Notes: generated by a model not told the origin, from the letters alone. A stretch of 64,000 nt of DNA from Mytilus edulis (GCF_963676685.1 NC_092347.1:11036001-11100000), one strand, 5' to 3'. Numbered from the stretch's first letter, positions 1 through 14,311 are shown. Numbers and translations: made by a program.

Positions 1-829
1 GTGTCTTCATTCATATTCAAAAACTTTTCTCTTCTTCAGAAAAGTTTCTATTAACGACTTGTTCATACTTTCTGGACTTGGATAGATCTAAAGCTGAAAA
101 TAATAGATAGATACTCAAAGGATACTTGTCTACGTACTGTTTAACATTTTAGACCGATGTCTATTTATATACATTTATCTTACGATTTAATGCGTCGTTT
201 GGTGCTGTCTCAATAAATTTTATACAACATTTTCTTTAATATTTATTAGAACCTTTTGATCAATGTTGATGTTTTCTCAATTAATTGCATTGTGAAACAT
301 TGAGTTGGTGTTGAAAACCTAGATATCGCAATGATTTCAGTTTTCCTGAAGTAATTAATTGTCACAGGTCATATGCTGCAGTCTAGCATTTACTCTACTC
401 TTATACGATAGACATTTTCTGGTTTCAACCGGCATTGGATCGACACCACGCTCTCAAGTCGGGAATGGTACCACAAGTTCACCGAGGGGCTCATATATGT
501 AAAAATATCATGTATATTCTAAATTACCACTGCTAGGTTGACAGATTAACCGACAGAAATTATAACATTTTTTCTGTCGTTTTAATGAATATGCTGATCA
601 TATACATGTGATTCTGTCATAAGTCCACATGTCAATTATAACTGTGGTCCGTTCGTAGTGATTTTTCTGGACCAACCTATATCAGGAACACCAAAATAAC
701 AAAAATGAAAGCCAGTGATGTGAAATTCTTATTCTGTATGACTAGGGTAAACATCGCATGAGGAAGTTGGAATATACTTTTCTTCAGAAATTAACAACGG
801 AGGTATGTTATCAGCCCAAACAGCATAGG

Positions 830-1706
830 GCGCGAGAAAATACTGCACGTGGAGGTGGACTTTGATTGACCCATAAACATCTGATATCACTCCAGGAATT
901 TAGAAGGGGTCTTGTTGCTCAGTCTTACAGTACTAACAAACCTCATCTTGCAACGCCTCTCCGTAGACAAAAAGAGGACTACTGGATCCGACAATTCTGA
1001 ACTGCAACACCATATGGTTGCAATAACAAAATTGATGGTATAGGTATTCTATCTAGAACTTCGTGTAGCTCGGTGAATGTGATGAATATTTTCAACTTTA
1101 ATTCTCTACGTAGACGCAGTCATGGTCATGGTCATCACATACTCTGCATGATGTCTCCATTAATGACTTGCTACCATTTATACAAAAGCTGTTAGGTATA
1201 TCACACATTCCCACGACACTTTATTCATTACCCCTTTCAAAACTTCATTCTCTGTTCAATTATGTTTGGAAACTATTGTTACAAACCCTCGTCCTAACCA
1301 ATACAAACTTACAGCTATCATTTCGGATATCACAAGTCACAGACTTGTCAAACCAGTTCTCGTTGGAAAAAATGATAAAAGAGAAAAGTTCTTATCTTAA
1401 ACTTTCCTTTGCCAACAATGGTCTTGGTTGCGTCAACTTGGGCAATACCCTTCACCATGAATTAGTTCAGTCGACAATACCTCCTTATTTCAACAATCAG
1501 CCTGTACCAATCATTTCATATATCTATACAAGATACATGTACCAGAGGGACATTCTAACTTATAGATCGAAACTAAAAAAGTAAAAGACAAACAGACTAT
1601 AAAAGACAAAACGCAACATGGAAAAATAAAGACTAAGCAACACGAACCACACCAAAAACTGTGGTGATCTGAGGTGCTCTGGAATGGTAAGCAGCTCCTG
1701 CTCCAT
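830..1706 (+). mobile_element. Penelope-like (Naiad-type) retroelement remnant, complex/inverted
   Basis: From ~955 the degenerate frame reads RRQKEDYWIRQF..TATPYGCNNKIDGIG (end of a GIY-YIG endonuclease), followed by the 1168-1584 ORF (LYSLPLSKLHSL..IPPYF..PIISY). This implies EN upstream of RT. Flanked by a + copy (~840-928) and a - copy (~1541-1706) of the element's 3' end. Confidence 0.65.
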
Positions 1707-1794
1707 TTAATATACTTAGTATGTACACTGAAGACATTTTAAGAAAAATCGTTAAAGATTTTTTTTATTGATTGTAATATATATAGACATGTAT

Positions 1795-2090
1795 GTATGT
1801 GCCTGTCCTTAGTCAGGAGCCTGTAATTCAGTGGTTGTCATTTGTTTATGTGTTACATATTTGTTTGTCGTTCATTTTTTTTATATAAATAAGGCCGTTA
1901 GTTTTCTCGTTTGAATTGTTTTACATGGTCTTATCGGGGCCTTTTATAGCTGACTATGCGGTATGGGCTTTGCTCATTGTTGAAGGCCGTACGGTGACCT
2001 ATATATATATATAGTTGTTAATGTCTGTGTCATTTTGGTCTCTTGTGGACAGTTGTCTTATTGGCAATCATACCACATCTTCTTTTTTAT
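1795..2090 (-). repeat. Abundant interspersed repeat family (AAGATGTGGTATGATTGCCAATGAGACAAC..CGTACGGCCTTCAACAATGAG)
   Basis: Near-identical copy at ~52230-52495. Partial copies at ~28095, 32615, 39270, 53610 and 54165. Confidence 0.8.
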
Positions 2091-2662
2091 ATGAATATTA
2101 TAACGTCATTTTTTTTAACGTGAACTATTAAACTATTATATTATTTTGTTCATGTTTCAGTTTCTGATACTATTTGAATTGAGTTATAATTTTTTTGACT
2201 TTTATTCATTTATAAATATTTGTTTTTTTAACAACTTACAAGAGTAATGCATATTTTGAATCTAATTGTTTTGATCTGACTCTGTGAAATCAGCATTGAT
2301 GATTTTATATCATCATATATTATAATTGATATTACATTTGCACATCACTGGTTTGGAATTAATCCTTAACGCATTCTAATTATTTTCCAGGAGACAAAAT
2401 AAAGGACGCTATCAGTAATGCCATTCCATACAAAAAGTATAACCAATGAATAATATCAATAATTTGATTAATTCTCAAAGCAATTAATATTAATGAAGTT
2501 TATAATGTAAACACACTATATGACTCTTCGTTATGCATTCAAAGACATGATCATGCGTGATCAAAGATAAATATGGAATTACCCTATCAATTCAGGAAAT
2601 TCTCGCTTCCGTAATTCATCCATATACCGCAAAAAGTTTTTTTCCTGAATTGATACTGGGAA

Positions 2663-5600
2663 ATGGATGTTAAATACTATCATTTGAAGAGTATTATATG
2701 TATTTTGGCACTTTCATTAATTGGTAAGTAACTTTAATTCATCCATAAGTTTGTTTTTAAGTTGATTTATTTAGTTGATAATTTAAAATAGCGCGTATAA
2801 TTTATGTATTTCCTTCAGTTATATTCATGACTTTTTATATTTATAATGCATCCAACACTTTTGGTTTGATACAATAAACTCATCATAGATACCCAAGAAT
2901 TAAAATTTTGTACGCCAAACATCACAAAAATTAAATAGACCACATAAAGTACGAAATTGAAGAAGTCTGAGTACCTAAAATTAACAAAACATCGGAATCA
3001 CATGTTTACATCACCAACAGAAAATAAGTTGTAATCAGAAATATCAGTAGACTCAGGAATACTACAAGGGACAGTCTTGTGATCTTTTATATTGCTTTGT
3101 GACATTAACTCCATCTACAGATATCATAGATTGGTATATGATCATTCTATTATCAATCATACAAATTATACAAATATGACTATCAGGAATCACAAAAAAA
3201 GGCCTGAGCAGACGCAGCATATGGATAGACTAAAATCCTTGTTATGTGCGCACCAACCTATATCTTCGCCTATCCAAACCATAGATAATAAAACTAAAAC
3301 AAACAATACAAACTTACACAATCCAATTATACCAAAAGGATCATCACTTAATTGTAACCTGTAAATAGAAATGGCAAATGATAATAAGACAGGGTCAAAA
3401 TGTTCTCGCTACTACACGAAGCTATCTTAGCCTAGGTAGCTTAAATATACAAACACTCAAAAAGAAGATAACCATCGGAAACATCATTCCCTACAGTGAT
3501 ATACCCAAACAATTATATATGTGTAAAGAATAAACAAATAACTTTTATGATGATCTAATTCAAAGAAAACGATTTGATTACGATTGGTGTAAATAGTAAA
3601 AACATTGGAGTGTACAATCTTGTTCAGCCAGTTCATATTATTGTGTTGGTATCTTACTCAGATTTAACAATTATTGTCAGTTTTTGTTGGTATCTTATTC
3701 AGATTTAACAATTATTGTCAGTTTTTGTTGGTATCTTATTCAGATTTAACAATTATTGTCAGTTATCTTATTCAGATTTAACAATTATTGTCAGTTATCT
3801 TATTCAGATTTAACAATTATTGTCAGTTTTTCTAAAGGATGTGGCTGCGTTTTTGTATAGCATACATAGCGAACCGGCGATCTTCAACATGGATCTTTTT
3901 GGAATGGGAGCACACTCCAAGTTTCCATATTTCTATAACCCGATGTCACGGGCTAGAAATAAAACAGTGGTCGCTTTCTGTCTTTTACTGTCACACAATG
4001 TTTTTAATAATATTTCGCGACTCATACTTTCAGCTTTCGTAAGGAATCATTGTCAGGTGTCTACAAATCAGTGTCGTGCACACCGAAAGTACTGTCATGC
4101 GCAAAACAATCGGTGTCATACGCACAGAAATAAAAGTCCGAATTCCATTAGCCTTACGAAAATCGTTCGGCAAGATAACGGGTGATTGATAATAATTACA
4201 AATATTTTTCCCTCAAGTTTGCGATTTGTAGAAATTTGAAGTTATTCTAGAATCGCTGCGCTGATTGATAATAACTACAATTGTTTTTCCCTCAAGTTTG
4301 CGATTTGCAGAAATTTGAAGTTATTCTAGAATCGCTGCGCTTGCTCAGAAAATAGTCATTATGTTTATGTATCGTTCGATTTTGTGTGTGTTGCATTGTC
4401 CTTTCTTTTTTATAACACTTTAGTGTTTATGTTGCTTCGTTCTTTTCCTCTTATATTTGATATGTTTCCCTCAGTTTTAGTTGGTAACCCGTTTTTTTTC
4501 GAACAGCGGTAAACTACACTGTTGACTTTATTTATGTTAACCTTTGTAAACAACAGACCCCAGATGTATTTAATTTTTGTGAAAAAGGCTATATTTTCCA
4601 TAATCAAATTTTGTAGATTGTTCCAGTATTTCAAAGAATATATCCGACACGATCTTTGAAGGTTATGATAGTGGACTACGACCAGTATGTGCAAATGTCC
4701 CACTTGTCAATATGACATTGGGTATAGCTGTACGTCAAGTTATTGGTTTGGTAAGTACATTTTAGGTACATTTAAGAACTTTGTTAATAATGTGAAGATG
4801 ATAGCAATAAAAATACTAGAATCTGAAATCTGAAATATCTTAACCAATATTGTTAATTCATAGGACATTCGTAACGCACTAGTAAGTATGTAAGCTTTTA
4901 ACATGTGTAAATTAATTGGAATAAATATTTATGGACAGCTCTTGTTATGTCAGACATTAAATTGCAATTACGATTTTAAAATATTCCAAAGAACAATTTA
5001 TATATGTTTGCAATGACAAAATGAACTATGATAAAATCAGCCATTTCACACACTGAAATGATTCCATTATTTGTCTGGAACAATTCTCTTTTTGTCTATC
5101 GATATCGAATATATTTCTGTTTTACTTTACTTTATTTATTTTATTAATGAGCTTTATGAATTTATGAGGAAAATCTTTTTTAGTATTTTATTTTCAGATT
5201 CTCTATATTGATATTAAACTTATTCTTTAAACAATGGTAATTGTGTTGAAATATCTACCTTATTATGAAAAGTTCCCGTTTTTGTAGTGTTAAACATGTA
5301 CATTCTTAAAAAAGACACATTTTATAGGGTCAACTAAAACATTTATATTTAGGACAAGATAATGCCATCTGTTTTTACTAAAAGTAACAAGTAAAGTTCA
5401 TACTCTATAAAAGTGTTACCATAATAATTACACTAAACTGGTCCGCCGTTCCATCTATAGCTTCGCACAGTGTAGCGATAAGTGAACACATTAGGGGTCC
5501 AGTTTATAATTACACTAGCAATGCAATGAAATATCGAACGCATCAATGATTGATTTGTGTATCAATTGTATACCGGAACATAACTCATAACTGAACATTG

Positions 5601-8600
5601 AATACTGAAATCATTCACTTCAATCGAAGCAAAGAAATTTTTAAAGCTTGGCGAACATTTTCATTGAACAATGAGTGATAAACAGGAAGTGGCTACACTT
5701 ACTCGCTTCAACTCAACAAGATCAATATGAAATCAATTATTCCTTTCTTAAAAGCCAAGAAACCTTGACAACGTTTTCTTTTTGGACGTACATGTACGGA
5801 CGGATAAAGTCTAGCGGTCATTATACCTGCTTCCCCCTTATGCAGGCAAAACAATCAATAGATTCCCTGTTCGCATTTCCGTACATTAATTTATACTGCA
5901 TATAGTTGTGTTTATTTCCTAATTATAGTAACATAGCTATATTTTGTATAATGTCAATTTCATCATGGATTTCTCCACAATCAGGGGTTCATTAAGGGAT
6001 GAAAATAAGTTTGACAATTGTGTTACTATTTAAAAAGCTATCAATGTATTTGTTTAAGTTGCAGTATAAAAACAATATTAGGTCAATGTCTTAAAAAATA
6101 TATTTTTTTGTAATCGGCGCAAAACTGTAGAAGGGCTCGGTAGAACCTCTCCCTTCCCCAGTTTCTCAGCCTCATACAAAAAAGTTTATATTTTTCTTTC
6201 ATTGACCTAATGTTGTATATTTATTGTTTACAATTTTAACATTTGGTTTTATTTTTCTAGGATGAGCCAAATCAAATTGTACGGTTAAATCTATGGATGA
6301 GATTGGTAAGTAAAAATGAATATTTCAATACATTACACTTTATATAATAAAAAGGGAGAAGACACCGTTCTAAAACCTGAAGTAGGTTGAAGAACAAAAA
6401 GGCAACACCAGCATCTAGAACCTGTGATTTTATTTTTGCAAAGCATGCAGCATGATGTACTTTGAGGAGAAAAGTATTTAAAGCGCAGCTCCTTTGCTTT
6501 TGGTGTGTTTTTTACTTTCTCTTTGACACATTCCCCATTTCTATTCTCAATGGTATGTTAATATTTGAACGACTTGATGATCCTGTGTAGTCTTTAGCTC
6601 TCTTAATAATGGTTGTTTCATTGGAAGGTAGTGTACTCGCCGATCTTTTATAGTTTTTGTCTTTTTTTAAGTGCAAATGAACTAATTAGTAGGAGTCAGA
6701 CGAGGTTCGTCTAAAGTTTAAAGCTTGAAAGAACATGGTTTCATTTGAGGTTTAATGTGAAAAGAGCTCTAATAATGCTAGCAATCAACAATTAATTACT
6801 CATTATTTTCATTTAATATTCTTCAACATAAAATATAATCACGCTTTATAAATTATTCATTTTATTTTAAAAAAAAAAAAAAAGTAATAAATGGCGATTA
6901 AGATAACTGTTAATTTCCAAATCAATTTTTCGTTGTTTCAAATATCTATCAAACAAAACATGTCCCTGTTAATATGAACCTGATCACATTTTTAATCACT
7001 ATCTGATTCACTATCTGATTGATGTACAATAATTGTTTTGGAGTTATCGTCTGTTATGACACTTCTAAAGTTTACTTTGCAAATTTATTTTTACACTAAA
7101 AAAATCGCATTTTTCTTGTATTTGGTTAACTGATTCTAAATTAAGCTTTTGTAATATCGGCAATAGCTATTGATATTATAAACTTTGATGAAGAATGCTT
7201 GGCGTACAAGAAACATCGACATGTATGATCCCTAAGGTTTTACTTTCTGGTTCGATGTTTACCTTCATTATTATATCTTCTGATCTTCATTTGATAACTT
7301 TGTTCGCTTCCGACCAGGCCTACTTATTATAAAATTAGTTTCTTTGATGTTTTGTGTCTCGTTCCAGAAGGTATTACTGGTCCAGGAGTCATTAATTTAC
7401 TTTATGCATGCAATATTATTGGTCATGTCAGTTTCTTTAAAGGGGCACTAGCTACGAGATATATAAACAATCTAATATATTGGTTTTCTTTGCTCAATCA
7501 TTAATGAAATGCAAAAAGTGAAATTATTATTCGCTTTTAACAGCCAGTATAGTTCTATTTTGTCAAAATGAGCTTAAAATTATTGATTATTAATTATTCA
7601 CTTGCAAGTGAATAGTTCGACCTCATTAAATTCGTATTCATGTGAACTTCAATTTAATCCCTTAGCTTGAGATGGATAACACGTGAATAGAATGTGTAAT
7701 GTTATTTAAAGAAATAGAATTTCAACATTGAAAGTGAAACAAATGTAAATCATTTGATTGGCTGATTCGATCTACAAAAACCATTCGTATAAGGTGTAAA
7801 CGATGATCCACATTTATTTTTCATCTATAATATCAAATTAAATAGACGTAGAAAAATCCAACAGCACGAGTTATCTTAATCTATTTATATCTATATTTAT
7901 ATTTACATCACTTATATGGTCATCGGAAGACTTTAGAGGTCAACTCGATGGTTAATCAGCTGGCGTCTAGATTTAAATACACACAAAACGAAGCTACGTA
8001 TTTTCATTCCAGTGCCCTGTTTATTGTTTATTTTAGACTTGTAACAGTTTGGAAAAATGTTTTACATTGTTATAAATCAAATATGAGAATTTGATTAAAA
8101 TGGGTGAACATGACTTTGACAGCTACAATGTAGTGCTCCTTTAAATTCACTGTACGAAAACATGTTTTGTTCTCAACGAATTATCGTGGTCAATTTCTGG
8201 ATATTAGCCATGATGTAATGCAAACTTAACTGTTTCTGTAATTACCAACTTTTGAAGGTTAAAGTAAGAGGACATTGTCTATATAAGGGAACGTGAAGGT
8301 GAATGATATTACAGTTTTCTTTTCATTCTTTCATATTAGCTTCCGTAACATCTCGTTCGAATAATTTAACAAGTTGGCCAAAAAAAAAAAAGGAACATAA
8401 CTGGTTTTTATATGAACACCGATTGTTTGTGAAAAACTCGTTCTCAAAACGCAACAATTTTTTTTTCAATTGCTATAGGAATAATCCGAACAAAATTGGT
8501 AGTATTAGAGTGTTTTTTTTTTAAAAAGTATGATTCATCCCTCATCAAGATATTTGTATCCACGAATGCCGTACTTTTTTTTTTTTTTATCAAAAAGTTA

Positions 8601-11600
8601 AACGAGTTTTTGCAATCTATCTTAAGTTTAGAATGAGGAGTACTGATATTAGGGAATATACTGTTTTTTTTTTAATTTATTGTAAGAGGAAAGAGACTTG
8701 ATCAAACTGATCATAGATACAAGGCTTAAAATTTTGTGATGTACTGCAAGTCGTTTGAATTACCAACATTGCCAATAAAAAATATCAGGTTCATTTAATG
8801 TCGATTGAGCACACTTGTTAATACCGGTTGTAATAAACTGCACGTTTCATGTTTTGGTTTGATCATGATTTATTAAGAAAAAATTGGATGAATTATAAAT
8901 TGTCAACCTAACATTAAACCAAATTAATTTATATTCTGATTCAATACTATTCGTAGGAAACCAATTATCATGGGTTCCGTTAGTATAGGCGATATACAAT
9001 TAAAAGTTCATAGGCTTTTAATTTTTTTGCAAAACGTCGAAATCCGCTGTCCACAAAAATGCATTTTTTCCACAAATTACGAAAATTGTTACACACGAAA
9101 TAAAATAAATCCACAGTATTGTTTTTTCATTTACAGACCGTCGACTCATGGTGGATTGTTTGTTCTGATATTGTCATGTAGAAAAATGTAGCTGTTCAAA
9201 TTTTATGCTGAGCCCAAAATATTAATCTGTCGTGAAAATATTCCCAGTGTATATAAATTTTGTTTACGATAGGGTACCTGTTCAGACCGTCGGAGTTCAA
9301 AGTTCAAATGATTAATTTGAATTTACATGAATATAATTTCCCAAATGTACCCCATCATAAAATGTCCGTAAAAATGAATCTGAAGTAAACCAAAATTTGG
9401 TATTTGTCAAAAGGAGTTACAGTCTCTTCCAATTTGACATTAAGTCCAAAGAAAACGTCAAAACATGACATTAAAACTTATTTAAACATTTACTTTGCAA
9501 TGGAAAATGCAATTATTTTAAATTACTAGTGCCGCAGTTGTCGGCTCGTACTTGTTTTGTGTCCGTTTTTACTTTACTTATTTGATTGTTCACCTTTGTC
9601 TGTCACATGATATATGTACATATAATTATATAAATATGTATATTTTCCCTTTGATCACACATCTATCAACATAATTTCTTTTTAGAAGTTTGAAATTAGC
9701 CTTATCAGTGTTGAGATAATAATTTGAAAGGGCTTAGACCAAACATACTTTGCTTTGTATTGTGTGTGTTACATTTTAGAAATGGAATGACTGCTTGTTG
9801 ACTTGGGATCCTAACGATTATGGTGGATTAGACAACATCATTGTCCCAATCAAGAGAGTCTGGGTACCAGATCTTACATTATATGACAGGTAATCACTAT
9901 GAATATCTATGTAAAATAATATATTATGCCGTATCAATTGTACACTTAAACATAGTTACATCTTTAACCTCTCATTCAATGTATCTGCCATAGTAATACA
10001 CCTTCTTATCAATGGTTACCTCTTGGAATCTTCTTCTCTTTTCTTTGATATGTGATTTGAGCGATTTCTCCATTTTGCTGTTTTTTTATTATGTTCTTAC
10101 CCGTTTAAAATTGTTTTGGACATTTTGTAGGAGCCTTCATACTTTATTGATTATACATATTTCTATCCCCTTAAATAAAAGTGAAATATTGAAACAACAA
10201 TTCGCTTTAAGCAGCCAGTTTGGTTTAATTTTGTCAAAATTAAGCAAATAAAAAGGGTTAATGAATTAATCACTTGTAAATAGTTTGATCTCATTGAATT
10301 CGTATTCATATGACAATCAATTTACCCCATGAGCTAGACATTTGTTGCGCTTGTAAAAGTCATATTCAAAGGAAAAATATGTCAACATTGAAAGAGAAAC
10401 AAAGGTGAACCATTTCGTTGACTGATTCGATTCACAAAAAATCATTCTAATACAGGTAAAAATGCTGAATTAACTTACTCTTTAAACCTACAACATTAAA
10501 TCAGACAGACATTGAATTTGTGTTAAATGGGTGAACATGAAATGATTAGCTAATGCGCCTTTAATGATTCACATCATTCTATTTTACCCGATGCTTTAGA
10601 GATAAAAGTAATCAGATTAAAGTTGTATCCGTGTAACACTAGCATACATCATACATATTGAGTCGATTGTTTTGCAAATGTGATGGACGTTTGATAATGT
10701 TTTATGATACCATACACGTTCAGAAATTATTTTCACATACTTGAACATTTAGGTTTGAAGGGGAATACAGATATTCCTGTTGTAGAAATAACAATTTGAC
10801 ACCATATGTTACATGTATACTAGTATACATTCAAATGATGTGTATCTACTTTGTATCATTCTTTTCGTAGCAGCAAACTAAACAGTGAGATAAGATTGTT
10901 TTGTTTGATATATCTTTTACAGCACTGCAACAGAATTCAGCGGAATTAAAGAGTATAGAGCTATCATCTTTTCAGATGGATCAGTGAAGTATAACTTCCC
11001 AACTGTCCTGGAAGCTCTGTGTCCAATCGAGGTTTTGAACTTTCCCTTCGATACTCAAATATGTGCATTAGTATTTGGCTCCTGGAACCACCACGGCCTA
11101 GAAATAGACTTATACCCGAAAGACAACCCTGGAGATCTATCAACTTTGAAATCTAATGTTGAATGGTTAGTTCCAAAGGTAGCAGCAGAAAGACACATCA
11201 TAAAATATTCTTGTTGTCCAGCACCTTATCCTGATGTCACTTTTAACGTACATTTGCAGCGGAAACCTGGTTACTATATCATCAACATATTGATACCGTC
11301 AGTGATGATAACAGTCTTAGCTATATTAGGATATTTTCTCCCGGTTGATTCTGGAGAAAAGGTTTCACTCGTAATCACAGTAATGCTAGCAATGTCGGTT
11401 TTCCAGCTGTTAGTCGCAGACAAACTTCCACCATCAGCTGAATCAACGCCTTGGATAAGTAAGACATGTTTGAAAATCATTTAGACACACTAATGGAAAT
11501 ACATTATTTACATGTTTTAGTGTCTTTCAAGAAAAAGTTAAAAATAGAATTAACACTTTTTGGGTCACTGTTTATTCAATTCTTTAACATTAATATTTGT

Positions 11601-13806
11601 TGAGAGCACAAAAAAAAAATATAATTACATGCTTTTTACTGTCCTATGTACTTTGCCTCAATTTTAAGTAATATAACAAAATAAATTATTATATACAAAT
11701 TCACAATTGTTTCTTTTCAGTGTTTTTCTTCAACTTCATCCTTGGTCTATCAGCGGTATCTACCATACTACAAGTACTTGTTATTAATTTGTATTACCGC
11801 GGTGAAAGAGAGGTACCTACTTCCTTGAAGTATTACATCATTAAACCTCTTTGTTATATCACATGTGTTCCAATACCTGGAGAAGATCCATCGTCATATT
11901 GTGGAAGAAAGGTAAGCCAATACATAAGGAACACATATATCTCCGTATAACAACAAATCATTAATTCCATGTTTTCATTTCATAAATTACATTAATTAAT
12001 AATTCCCTACAAAAGATACATATGTGTTACTAAATAATACGGAAGTTTCAGTTAAAGTTACGTGATACCTAAATTTTAAAACAATTAGAATATGTTTTAG
12101 ATACTTGAATAGCATACTATAAAACAAGTGTAAGCGGACTTCCTTGTTACAGAAAACCCCTTATGTTCTCAAAATCTTCAGAAGTGTAGTGTTATACAGT
12201 TCTTTCGTCGATTTTTTTCCCGTAGGGACAGACTTTAACTACGAGACTTCTTTTATAAATCAACTACTGCACAGCACAAGTGTGTGCATGTGGGTAAAAC
12301 CGTTATGAAATATTATGAAAAAATGTGCATGGAAAGTAAATAGTCATAAAAGAGGGACGAAAGATACCAGAGGGACAGTCAAACTCATAAATCGAAAATA
12401 AACTGACAACGTCATGGCTAAAATGAAAAAGAAAAACAGATAAACAATAGTACACATGACACAACAGAGAAAACGAAAGAATAAGCAACACAAACCCCAC
12501 CAAAAACTAGAGGTGATCTCAGGTGCTTCGGAAGGGTAAGCAGATCCTGTTCCACATGTGGCACCCGTCGTGTTGCTTATGTGATAACACATCCGGAAAT
12601 AGTCTAATTCGGTAGGTCACATTCATGAAAGGGAAGGGGATTGTAGTTACGACGTAAGGAACATATCCGATATCATTTGTGAAACGGTTATTCTATAAAG
12701 GTCAACCAACTCGTGATGGCGTCCGTAAAAGTTACGAAGGGATGATTTCAACTTCACCATTTGGAACTCTTAGTTTAATAGCTTCCTTGTGAGCAGCAAC
12801 CATCTATCAAGAAAATCATGATAGGAAATGCAAGCATGGGAATATCGTATCAATTGGGATATATATACCCCGTATGCAGGTGCCGCTGGAATGTTGCTAC
12901 TTAGAAATGGAAAGTTCACAATTGGAAAGCTGAAATCATATCTTTTGTCGTAAAGTTTTGTTTTCAACCGACCCTCATTGTCAATTTCTAGATGTAAGTC
13001 AACTGATTCGTAAAGAACAAATCTTAAAAACCAAAGCATTTAACAAGTGTTGTTGAAAAGTTTAATAAACAAATGGGAATGCACGAAAGATGAAAAAATT
13101 AGATCGTTCTATTAATTTGATTATTTTTGTCGTGCTCTACAATTTTGTGTTGATTGTTTATCAGTCACAAGCCGGAATATTTCTTCAACAATATCGAACT
13201 TTAATAAAACCTCAGTAAAAAAAACCTGATTGAAATATACTGTGTCATACGTTATTTATTCATAATGATTGTTAAAATAACATGAACAGAAGACTTATTT
13301 AAGTATATATACATGCATAAGTTCACTATTTTCTTAACGTTATAATTACAAAAATTTCTATTTATATGGCTGAAGAAAAGCTGAAGAATATGATTAAGAG
13401 AAAAAAAAATTTTCCTATGTTTTAATAGTTATCAAAGGTATAAACTTGTAAGCCTATACCGTAAAACAAAAAGAAAAACACCAAGAAATTGCCAAAACAA
13501 AAATTCAAACGGATCATAAGATTGACCGGGTGCTACTGCTATCCGAGCTTACTTTCACATCAGCTAAATACATATCATATTTAGCATATTTTGGAATGCT
13601 TCCTTCTATCACTTTTGTTTACAAAACAAGTAATCTATTTATTTCAGATCCAATGTTCCGATTTTACAAAGCCACAGGAAGCAACGAATACGGTGATGTG
13701 GCAAAGTTTTTCTATTGCAGTAGATCGGCTTGGCATTGTTTTGTTTTCATTTACTCTTGTCATTGGCATTGCTACAGTATTTAGACAAATGACAGGGAGT
13801 TTCTAA
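2663..13806 (+). CDS. Nicotinic acetylcholine receptor alpha-type subunit (alpha9/alpha10-like), cluster gene 1; 7 exons, ~411 aa
   Basis: Exons 2663-2723 (signal MDVKYYHLKSIICILALSLI), 4617-4750 (YDSGLRPVC), 6261-6305 (DEPNQIVRLNLWMRL, 45 nt), 9780-9889 (WNDC..WVPDLTLYDS, 110 nt), 10923-11458 (Cys-loop CPIEVLNFPFDTQIC, FGSW, loop C YSCCPAPY, TM1, TM2 GEKVSLVITVMLAMSVFQL), 11721-11911 (TM3, MX), 13648-13806 (WQSFSIAVDR, TM4, TAA). All introns GT-AG and in phase; total 1236 nt. Confidence 0.95.
3643..3830. repeat. Minisatellite, ~30-40-bp unit, about 5 copies
   Basis: Repeats of TATCTTATTCAGATTTAACAATTATTGTCAGT, with the unit shortening in later copies. Confidence 0.9.
4184..4340. repeat. ~80-bp direct duplication
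   Basis: GATTGATAATAA..CCCTCAAGTTTGCGATTTG..GAATCGCTGCGCT occurs twice in tandem. Confidence 0.85.
7441..8140. mobile_element. TTAA-flanked MITE (Kolobok-like)
   Basis: TTAA|AGGGGCACTA ... TAGTGCTCCT|TTAA. Related partial copies at ~10170-10564 and inverted at ~33110-33700. Confidence 0.75.
12348..13002 (-). mobile_element. Penelope-like (Naiad-type) RT C-terminus and 3' end, 5'-truncated, in intron 6 of gene 1
   Basis: DLHLEIDNEGRLKTKLYDKRYDFSFPIVNFPFLSSNIPAAPAYGVYISQLIRYS is typical of the PLE RT thumb. No downstream GIY-YIG; the 3' UTR follows. Shorter copies of this 3' end occur at ~14858-15090, 17330-17545, 27310-27388, 31320-31520, 36340-37310, 43835-44040. Confidence 0.8.
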
Positions 13807-14074
13807 ACTCCGTATAGTGTGAAAAGAACTTACAAATATTTTTGTTTAGCTAGTGAATTTGATAAGAAAGGATTATTTCTACTCAAACCCATTTGTTTAT
13901 TCTGTTTAAATGAACGCTAGAATATATGTTGTGAATATTAAATGGTTTTAATAGTTAATAGATCTAAAAAATATGAACTTTGACGCAACGATTTGAGAGC
14001 ATCTTCAAGGGTTTTTTGTTTATGTTATCACTTGGCCGTTTTAATAGTGATTATTTAGTTTAAACACATTTATT

Positions 14075-14311
14075 TGTGGTGGATTGGGAAACAAGTTATT
14101 GTAACTTATATTAATCACTTTCCACTTGCGGTTGCGAGTGCTGCCTTGTAGCGGCATTAACCTACTCTTTTTCGATATCTACAAGAGTGTCTTTTATGTG
14201 CAAGGAATATTGGTCTCTCTTAACACGGTTCAGTCATTTATCATCCTCTTCCGATGAACCAGGAACCTTTGTGTTAGTAGTCCGATGCTTTAACCACTAC
14301 ACCACGGCTCT
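14075..14311 (-). mobile_element. tRNA-derived SINE (internally deleted)
   Basis: Minus-strand head AGAGCCGTGGTGTAGTGGTTAAAGCATCGGACTACTAACACAAAGGTTCCTGGTTC, then a body containing GCCGCTACAAGGCAGCACTCGCA. Confidence 0.65.

Noticed and set aside
11341-11410. Anion-selective molluscan nAChR
   Set aside because: All five genes have GEK (-1' Glu) and lack the Pro-Ala insertion typical of anion-selective pores.
11274-11480. Antisense or alternative-frame ORFs over nAChR exons (also 40349-40570, 40506-40691, 63127-63366, 49411-49659) and over the cassette (36696-37097, 36922-37161)
   Set aside because: Shadow frames of real coding sequence with no independent features.
10984-11484. Intronless or soluble AChBP-like genes suggested by the ORF track
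   Set aside because: These ORFs are single internal exons that include TM1-TM2 and read a few codons into introns. Upstream and downstream exons are present.
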